A stretch of DNA of 64,000 nucleotides. It comes from Tubiluchus corallicola (Eukaryota; Animalia; Priapulida). Of the stretch, positions 52,715 through 64,000 are shown piece after piece. Both the position numbers and the translations under genes were made by a program. The stretch covers positions 117,962 through 181,961 of the forward strand of contig JAQGDQ010000461.1 of NCBI GenBank assembly GCA_030141605.1, read 5' to 3'. How positions within the stretch are numbered: the first letter of the stretch is position 1; every line of letters starts with the position of its first letter. The notes under the pieces were generated by a model. It saw only the letters and a list, made by a program, of their open reading frames with translations. It was not told the origin of the DNA and made no database searches.

Positions 52715-55700
52715 ATGGTCGTTTTTAGTGTTTTGCGAGTTGGCTCAGTTAATTCTTTACGAAACCTGCAACCGACAGGATTAATTAATAAAACTAATGT
52801 CGCATCATTACAAAGACTAGCTTTTAGTAAGTAACTCAGACGTTATTACAAGTTCGCATCCAGTTTTTCGTCACTAAATTGTGCTGTGATCATAGCGAAC
52901 AAGACTGAATGCAATTCAGATTCGCAATTGCGAGTATGACTCGATGCCTAACTTAAATGATGAGTAACTTATGAAAAGCTCAAATCACTGCAAAACAAAA
53001 GGGAATTTATGTATGGTACCAATTATTATTATTATTGCAATGATATAGTACTTTTCAGATAGTAAAATCGTATTGTTGGGAGCCGAGTGGACCACTGCGC
53101 CAAGTAGACCAATTGGTCTACTTGGGCTAGCCCAACTAGACCGCGGTCTACTTGGGCTAGCCCAAGTAGGACACTAGAGACAGGTCGCGAATTGAGTCGT
53201 TAAGTGTACTGACACCGTCCGTTGTGCTTGTTTATGTAATAATAATAATTAAAAACGTTAGTACACGTTGAATAATTTATTATACATCTAATAAAATAAA
53301 AGAATTTTATTCTGAGCTGGTAGAACGGACAATATTAAATTTGGTTTCGATATTAATGTTGTTGAAGTGAAAAAAACCACTTTTTTGCAAATACAAAATT
53401 TGTTTAAGGTATATCATTTTTGATTTTGTCTCACTTCACAAACAGGCGATCCGTTTCACTACCTCTTTTGGGCAAATAATTGTTTTCTTATAAGTAAACG
53501 TTCTAGCAATCTATGTGTCCTACATGGGCTAGCGAGCCATGTAGGACAGTGCCCTACATGTTACAATACTACTGATAATATTAAAACTAATTATCCTTGC
53601 TTTTCTTAAATGTTAAAAATTACTTTTTGGTGTTGTGAAGGCTTAGCAGCATCTATCTTATTTTTAAATTTGCAATTATTTCTGTAAATAATAAAATGAA
53701 GAAACTTTCACAGAATTTTCAAATATTGGCAAAATTACCGATTCTCGACAAAAATCGCTAGTGTCCTACTTGGGCTGCCCATGTAGGACACTACTTTTAG
53801 CGCATCAAGTGGTCTACTTGGCGCAGTGGTCCACTCGGCTCCCAACACGTATAACAAGCTTTTCGGGGCTTTTCATTAATCCTGTTAAACTAAATGACAG
53901 AAGATGCCATGCAAGAAATAACAAATATATTCTGTCTTAGTGCAGGACAAGTGATGCAATTAGACAATTTGTCAGATTCCAGGGTTATTTGCTTAGAACA
54001 GATTGGACAATACTGTGAAAGTGCTTTACCTCCATGGGGCGCTATTACACTTTCGCACCGCCTAGCTTTTCCTGGCCTATTGATTCTTTTCACGCCTGCA
54101 GGCCAGAAAGCAGACCAACAGGCGTAATATACACCATATTCCCATAATATTATTGCTTTTTACGCTTTATAATTCCAGATTAAAATCATACATTACTTAC
54201 CGCCGGCATTACGCAAAAAGCTCCACGTGCATAACTGTGTTTACACCACTAATGCGCAATCGCTCTCGCGCAGTGACGATGTGGCCTTTAACATGTATTT
54301 TTGGTTTCTTCGCATAATTTATGATTATTAGGGTTGCAGCCACGGGAGTTTGTATCGTATCGCGGGAAATTATTTTAGACCACTGCAGTTATTTATCATT
54401 AATTTTATTTATTACTGTAGTATTATTACTATTAGATTATAAAAAAAGTAAAGGTTTTTTCTTTATTTCGTAAATGCGGTGAAGATGAAAGTGTGTCACG
54501 TGCTTTTAAGCTAGGCCCTGATAATGCATAAACTAGTACGAAATTTGTCACGTGACTACACACACAAACAAGATGGCGATACGCCCTGTATAGGTGTAGA
54601 ACTATGAATACAGCGTAATTATTGGTAATTATACCTATATATATGATTAAATTATAATTTGATTAGCGGAAACATTCACTGATGACGTAAGAATAATAGA
54701 ATGATGACATACGAGCCTAAAAACGAGTAATAACCTAGAAAAAGCTAGGCGGTGCGAAAGTGTAATAGCGCCCCTCCGTGGCAGTATTAAAATGTCAGTG
54801 TCATAACTTATCTATTTATGCAGCTTTGCTGAAACTTAACATAATAATCTTGTAGTAACATGAAACTTTTTTACTTTCCTTGTTTCCAATAATTTTCCTC
54901 TTACGTTCACCATCCTATACTAATCATAACTGTTGCCATGTTTTTGCCTATATTCCACCTTTCAAGTTTCCTGTCATATACCAAGTTTCAGGTCTATTTG
55001 TAACACAATACACCATTATTTTTTTTAATTCAGTACACATAGTACTATGTTACATGTATTTCCAACACTTAAAAATTTATGATAAAAACAGATTAAAAAT
55101 TGCTAACAAAAAAATCTAAAATACATTAAAAATACTTTGCCTGAAAATTTACAACTTAAAATCATCACATAATATGTTTTACCAGTTTGGAGACTCAAAT
55201 AAGACATAAGAGTTTATACAGCCACAAACTAGAATGTAATTTTTATTTGCAAGACTGCGACTTCTTAAACTGTTATAACTTTCTTTGATCATATAGCTTG
55301 TTTATATACTGTATGTATTGTCAGAATAAACCAATCTCTCAAGAATCTTCAATGACAATATTTATCACTTGAGTATGCCAGGTCCAGCACGGTTTAATCA
55401 TAAATACCTGATCTGTGTGCAGGGCACTCGAGCCTAATTATTGCTTTACCATGCTTGGTTCGGTATGAGGTTTACTCGTATGACTAAACAATTTTCCCTA
55501 ATTTTCACATTTTGGCTCCTATCTGATATTTCAGGTATAAATACTGATGTTTAACTTTAGTATACTGGCACTTGTCTGCTATTTAATAATTTGTTCTGTT
55601 TACTCTTGCACAGCACAATGCAGGCAGATGAGTGATAAACGACTGTTCAAAATACGCCCATCACAGTATGGATGGAAGCAATTTAAGAATGAACTAGTAA

Positions 55701-58700
55701 GTCTGTTTTTTTAAGATTATTTGCTCTGTGTGCTTGTCTTTTAAAGAGCAATATCACAGTTAGGTAGCTGTTAGTTTAAACTTAGTTTAGTCTAAACTGC
55801 TATTCTAGAAATCTTACATTTTAATGTGATGCTAAAGCAGCATGATGTTTCAACTAGTTTGACTTTTTGTCAAATAAGGACGTCTGACATTGACTAAGAT
55901 TTATTATTATTATTATTATTATTATTATCATTGTTATATATAAGCTTTGCTTTGCAAGTATAACATTTTTGAAGTATGACAGACAAAAACTATTGTTCTA
56001 ATAATTATAATACCCACTTTCTGCTGAAACTTGTTATTTAAGGGAAAGTGGAATTAGTTTGCCTTGCTAAAATAGTTGGAGTCCAAGGCAAAATACAGGA
56101 AAATGGCCTAGAATGTGCAAGCCCCCTTTAATTTTTGCAAAATCATCAAACTGGTTTAAAAGAAGTTTCCCTTAATTATTTATTTATTAATAATTGTTCC
56201 TTTTTTATTAACTGTTACACTTCTAGAATGTTTGTGTGTTTCAGCATTTTTATGTATTACTGGGAGTCATACCTTTGGGAATTATCATTGCTTATTGTAA
56301 CATATTTATTGGTAAGTAGAAAAGAAAATGTATTATAATTTGTTTAAAATTTTATTTATTAAAAATAGAACATTGTTAGGATCTTAACAGAATAATCTAG
56401 ATAAAGAACAGTATTACTAAATTCACTGATTGTAGAACTGGACCGTATGACTTCGGGGTGCTTTAATGTATCTCAATAATATACCCTCAATAATATATAT
56501 AAGCTCTTAAAAGCTGAACAGTTTAATTATACTTGCTTACAATTTTTAGGTCCTGCACAGTTAACCGAAATACCAGAAGGTTATGAACCAAGACACTGGG
56601 AGTACTTTAAGGTAGCTTACATACCCTTCTTCTTCTCACTGCTGCAAAAACAAAAGCAGAGTTATTGCCTCGATTGGGACATGACTTGAAAGCTGCTTTT
56701 AAGACTGGGACTTGACAAGACTTTTTTATTTATTTTATATGGACTTTAGACTTGGGACCAAAGCTTACCAGTTAGGTAAAGTGAAGGCCAATTGCCAATG
56801 GTGCCAAATAAACAACACGAAACCTTTCAGTGTTATTATGTTTATTATTCATTACACATAGTTACTTAAATATAGCAGACTACGTCTAACTTGACCAGTT
56901 ATAGCTCGAATTCTTGCGTGTCTCGAACAGACCTCATGGAGCTTATTTTTCTTTTCATTTTCTATTTACCAACATTGTGTAAATCGAAATCTGTAACTTG
57001 AATTATCGCGTAACTCAAACCAAATTCACAGTACAATTTTTGAGAATCTTAACTGAAATTACACTGCTTATCTCAAAACAACCTCCCGAGCAACGAATCC
57101 TACAGGAAACCGCAGTACAATTTTAACTGCTAGTTTCAGCAAAAATGCTAAGATTTCTTGTGTTACACCTTAGCAGAACAACATGGTTTAACGAACGTCA
57201 TATTAACGAGTGGTTTCATGAGTGGCTTAAAACCAAACTACTAAAATTTGTTTTCTGTTGATTAACACATGTAACATATAGTGACATGCAATGCTTGATT
57301 GAATTATGAATGTCTTACAGATTGTTTAATTTTTATGCAGCATCCAATCGAGAGATTTTTCTCTCGTTACATTTATGGGGATACAGATGATAATTACGAA
57401 AGACTGGTGTCTTGTTTGAAAATGGAAGATGAAAGATCATATCTCAGGTAACAACACGACACACACATACATGTACACATACGCACGCACACAGTGTGCT
57501 GCTTTTAATTTTTGTAACTTTGATTTTTGTTGTCGTCGTGAATGATTACTCATACATAAGCATATAAGTACTCTTTAAATGTTAAGTACTGTTTCCAATA
57601 AGCCTTTTCACGGTTTCGTTGTGCACACGCGCTGTTGCTATAAGTTAAGTATACCACAGCGATGCGTCTTAACTACAACCGTTACGTGACGTGGGTAAAG
57701 CAAAGCCGTCTGTCACAGCAGTTTGAGTAACCTCAGTTGTTTTACGTGAATTTTACTTAATTATGCATTGGTCTGTGCATAGAGTGATTTACTAGCAGAA
57801 TCTTGCTTGGGAACAACAAAAAATGAATTAGGCAAGGTTCTAGCTGGCTGTGAAAACCGTTACTATTACAACAGCATGGGCTGCGAGGCATTGTCAAGTG
57901 TACACTTAACCTTTGACGATTATCATCAATCGCTGGAACTGTGAAAAGACTTACTGTATTGAAACTTTCCACAGAAATACCATTTCACATAGGTTAACTA
58001 AGATATTCCACAGTGATGGACTGCTTCCATTACATAGCAACACCAATATGCGAATCTCACCTGTCTGTCTTTGTAGGACAAACAAAGGGATGCCTTATTT
58101 CTAATGGCGCAGAATTCTTCCATACCGTAAAAACAAATTCACATAAAATAAATTGCAGTTTTTTAACCAAAAAATAGTTTCCTGGGCAAATAAAAATCCC
58201 AAAAGAATGAACTGAAAAGACAGGATGTTTCAGTGTATCCCTCTGGTGAAGAAAGCAAAAAAGTACTAAATGTTTTCTTGCATTTTATATGTAATGGTAA
58301 CATATTTAATAAAGCACAGAATATACAACAAAAGAGAAAAATGCAGAAACCACAAATTAATCATGTAACTGCACTAAAGCAATACTACATTAGGAAGTTT
58401 GAAAAATATTTGCACAGAAAAGACCATTTATGTAAGAGGCAAAATCAATTTAAATCAAGTAGCTGCATAGTATGTAAAACAGAATTTAAGCAAGCAAGTT
58501 GTTTTTCCAGAAAAAAATTTACAAAAAAAAATATTTGTGGTGACACAGGTAGAAAATAAATTTTCAAATTATAATCTGTGTTAAGTTAAATATGAAAACT
58601 TAAAACTTTACTAATGGAGTGATGTTGTTATACGGCGTGACTGGATATCATCAAAAAGTGAGCACTTGCGTTCAAGTCACTGGTGACAAGTTACCCGTAC

Positions 58701-59200
58701 CAGATAAGTATTATAGTTTCTCGTGCTATCCAAAATGCGTTCAAAAAAAGTGGAAATAAATAAATTTAATTGTATAGCGACCACTAACAAACCATTAGCC
58801 AACCATTAACTAAACACAAATTATTTTGATCAGTGTGCAAATAGAAATAACTAAAAAAATTCTTCTATGATTGAAAGCTATTGAATTATGTAGTGTATAA
58901 TTGCAAAACTTTTCAGTTTTATATAAAAAAGTTGTACAATGCATGCACAATTTTTTTTAAAAAAATTTTCAGGTTTTCATCTTCACAAGTTGCAAATTGT
59001 TTAACTCTTTCGTTTATTCAGAAATATTTTTATAATACAAAATGGTAAATATTTTCAGAAAACAAGAGAATCAAGTGCGCCATCTGATGTACAAACGTGG
59101 AGATTATGTGGGTGCATACTACGACCCAGCAACTTTTGAATACAAGAAAGAAGCTAGAGAGTCATTACAATTCTTTGATGACATTCGAAAGCCTCAGTGA
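52715..59200 (+). CDS. NDUFB5: NADH dehydrogenase [ubiquinone] 1 beta subcomplex subunit 5, mitochondrial, ~190 aa
   Basis: Exons 52715-52826 (presequence MVVFSVLRVGSVNSLRNLQ), 55614-55696 (KRLFKIRPSQY), 56245-56311 (TM HFYVLLGVIPLGIIIAYCNIFIG), 56550-56611 (PAQLTEIPEGYEPRHWEYFK), 57341-57447 (HPIERFFSRY), 59059-59200 (VRHLMYKRGD); all phases match. Confidence 0.93.
53074..53847. mobile_element. TGT...ACA MITE family A, copy 4 (NDUFB5 intron 1)
   Basis: Perfect 38-bp TIR TGTTGGGAGCCGAGTGGACCACTGCGCCAAGTAGACCA; 5-bp TSD CGTAT. Confidence 0.92.
54038..54772. mobile_element. GG-terminal MITE with 9-bp TSD (Merlin/Mutator-like)
   Basis: TIR GGCGCTATTACACTTTCGCACCGCCTAGCTTTT (33 bp perfect); TSD CCTCCATGG/CCTCCGTGG. 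Confidence 0.82.
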
Positions 59201-62200
59201 TACTTGTGCTCTGTAACTTTTTTTAGTGCATGCTAATTAGTGTTTACTAGTGCAGAAGACACAGATGCAGCATTAACAGTACCAGTTATTAGAGTCAATT
59301 TGAAAGTCAATTCTAAGTCAAAATTTTAACCTTACAACAAAATTATTGCTGGAAAATAGGACAGTGCTTTTCCTATATGCTGGAAGTGATATACTGGTCC
59401 GCTAGCGAGACAAGATAACAATGTCTGCATCTTTCGGAACATTTTCAAGACCGACTGTCTACAATGTTGAATGGAAAAGCTTTCTAGTGATAACATAAAT
59501 TTAATATAAGCATACGATTTATGAAACTTGCTTAGAGGAGTGGCATGTAATAATCCCGTTATTTTTGTAACAATATAGTCATCAAGCTGGACAACAAACG
59601 ATTTCATCTCGATTGAAACACACACGATATCATACTCAACTTGTATTGTTGACTATTAATAAATTGTTATTAGAAAAAAATGTTTGCAATACTGAAAATA
59701 TAAATTTAGACACAAAAATAACAAGACATCTTAACTATTTGTCTTGGGTAATAAATATTCTTTATTTTTTGTACAACAGCATTTACACAATAATCGTAAC
59801 ATTCTTCATGAAAAGGTTGCATGTATTAACTATCACTTGCCAAATATATCTATTTTTAAAATAGATGAAATTCAAAAAATACAAATATTAGTGTCAAGCC
59901 ATCCAGTGTTGGGACAAAACTGTCCTTTACAATAAAATAATTTACTTTAACATTGAAATACTAACTTTTTATGCCAGAAATGATTCAACCAATTACATTA
60001 CTTTTTATGTTTTGTGAATCCAAAAAATACGCGCAGCTGCTTGTGCATATTTGCTCAAATTTAAACTACACAGTTAATTCTTTTTGGACATTTTAATACC
60101 AAGATGCTTAATATCAACTATCACTAAGAAGACAAAAGTGCAAGCTCCTCTATGTGATTTGCTAAATCTAATTTTTAACAAACAATATTTATCACATGAT
60201 AACTGGAATGTCTGGTATTGAATTACCTAATAATTTAATTGATAATAATTAATTTAATACATGGCTACATTTACAAATTTGTTAATATGAGATTCTTCAA
60301 TATGCCAGTTCGTTTTTGTGAAGGACAGCGAGCATAGATGACATGCCCAGCCATGTTTAATGAACGTGGAACTACTTCAGGGAAATACTTTAATAATTTT
60401 TAATATGTTTCTTTCTTTAACAAGGCAATAAAAATTTAGACAAAACAAATGTGCAATGCAAAAGTACTCTGCAAATAGATTACACTGAGATTGAATTAAT
60501 TTTTTTGAAAATTGAAAACCTGAATTTTCACTCTGCAAAAATCCAGTTGCCTGCAAGAGTTTAACAGTATAGCACAACATGCATAAAAATTTAAATAATG
60601 CACCAGAAGTCCACAACCATTCACATTTTTTCAAAAAAATCACCAAGCTAATGAGATGTTTCCCTAAAAAAGTGAATATGTGCAGTCCTCAGCCTTGTGA
60701 GATGGCTAATTGGTTGATCTGCAATTACATTACTTCAAAATTACAGCAAGTTGAAAAGTAAAAATAATACACCACACAGAAATGTCACCCTGCATGTCAG
60801 TTTAACACACCATCGAGGTAAATGATGTTTGAATGACAAAACTCAGATTTATGCTCAGGTTCAATTTCGTCACGAACAAAGCTTAAAATCACATCAAATC
60901 ATGTACAAGAAAATAAAAGGTACAAACAGCAAAACTGTATTGCAATCTGCAAAGCCACAAGTACAAATAACCACAATTAAAAGACAACACAGCATGCAAA
61001 GTAGGGAAAAAACACCAAACCAGTTTTCACTGAGATAATCACAATAACAGATATAAAAAAGAAATTACCCACAATATGAAGGTATAATATTCTTTTTATA
61101 GTTGATAAAGACTTCACATGCTCAAATATTTTTATACTCAACGGGTGAGTAATTATAATCATTCCAATTTGTGTGCAAACAACCTTTAACTCAAGTATAA
61201 AAGCTTTTAAACCTGAAACTCGATAGTAAAGCTAGCTAATTTTAAGACTAAATTCAAAGTTTGTGTTTTTAAATAAACTGTAACTTAAAAAAATTTGCAA
61301 CAAAATCACACTGTTTGTATTACAAGTAGACAGGAGTCACGCAAAGGTATCCATTAGTAATATATCTTCGATTAATTTTTCAAGTTAAATGAAAAAAGGT
61401 CATGAATTGTCGTATAAACCAATATAAAAAGCCAGCTTCCAGCTAATGATTTGTGAAACAAAATGCTTGTTTTTGATGAGTTAGTAGTTTAAAAACACTG
61501 ATTTACAGAAATTTCAAAATAAAAAATAGCCATCAACAGCTCTACCTGTGAAAAGTTTCTCTTCAATCAATAAAGAGATCATGGTATTAACACTGTAGCT
61601 TTTTTTATCTAGACAATTCGTGCTTAAAATATCTTCTAGTCTTTATATTTAGTTCTTATTACTTACAAAATGCTAAATGTCTCAGAATCTGTACATTACA
61701 CACATTCTATGTATTCACTATTACCAGGAAATCTGAAAATTGGTAAATATATTAATCTCTGGTTCTCTGCGAGAAATATGTACCAACGTACCTCGAAATA
61801 AATAAGTTATTTTCTATACAACAACAAGAAACATTTCAATTCAATAATGTTCCAGTGATTAGGGGCTTGCACAAGACCACACCACCAAATGACAGATCTT
61901 CACTGTCTGAGATACGTTAATGTAACTCAAAAGTGGAATTTCCTTTTTTTAAAACGTTAGGAAACAAAAATAATACTGAATATCACTGTAGTTGCGATCA
62001 AATAAAAATGTGCCTATAAAAATAATTTCGGTAACAGTAAGAAACAAATTCTCTAGTTTTTTGAACCAGTGGACTAATCAAAAAGCTTTTCTAGCACATT
62101 AATACGACAAATAATATGAGAACCTACGTAAGCTCATTGTAAGTTAAGTCTTACTTCATTGTGCATTTTCACAAAACACGAGATAACAATAACAAGAAAA

Positions 62201-62308
62201 CATTGCGATTCACTCAAATATTGCACTGAGAATTTTTGGTAAAAGGGTCTATTCGTACTAACGGATGGAGTCTGTATGAACAGTATAGCTGCACTTGTGC
62301 ACACATGA

Positions 62309-63876
<1,568 letters not shown>

Positions 63877-64000
63877 TTATTAAAGCTAAAAATAATTTCT
63901 TACTTGGTGACGTTAAGTCAGTTTGACAATTCAGTACCCATATGCAGTTAGAGTGGAACACCATTGATACATACATTGTTAATGCATAATATATGCATAA

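Noticed and set aside
29762-59200. Functional mitochondrial gene cluster (fumarase plus NDUFB5)
   Set aside because: Two mitochondrial genes within ~30 kb, separated by SPAG7, is expected by chance; no synteny evidence available.

Overview
AT-rich, intron-rich animal (invertebrate) nuclear DNA; no prokaryotic features. Manual splicing gives six protein-coding genes. (1) The 5' part of an unidentified long coiled-coil protein (-, <1-6667). (2) A complete 13-exon Brambleberry (GEX1/KAR5/Bmb nuclear-membrane fusion family) gene (-, 16295-26019), ending in a C-x9-C-x10-C-x2-H motif. (3) A complete 11-exon class I (FumA/FumB-type, [4Fe-4S]) fumarate hydratase with a mitochondrial-type presequence and an apparent GC-AG first coding intron (+, 29762-37139). 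(4) SPAG7 (-, 42340-52496), head-to-head with (5) NDUFB5 (+, 52715-59200). (6) The last two exons of PDE6D (-, 62309-63860). Non-coding DNA is dense with non-autonomous DNA transposons, with TIRs and TSDs read from the sequence. These include four copies of a TGT...ACA, 5-bp-TSD family that all lie near gene 5' ends, several hAT and Tc1/pogo-type MITEs, two GG-terminal 9-bp-TSD elements, a nested stack in SPAG7 intron 1, CR1/L2 LINE remnants and a 46-bp minisatellite. Gene names come from recalled protein motifs, not database searches. Coordinates were counted by hand and may be off by a few bases.
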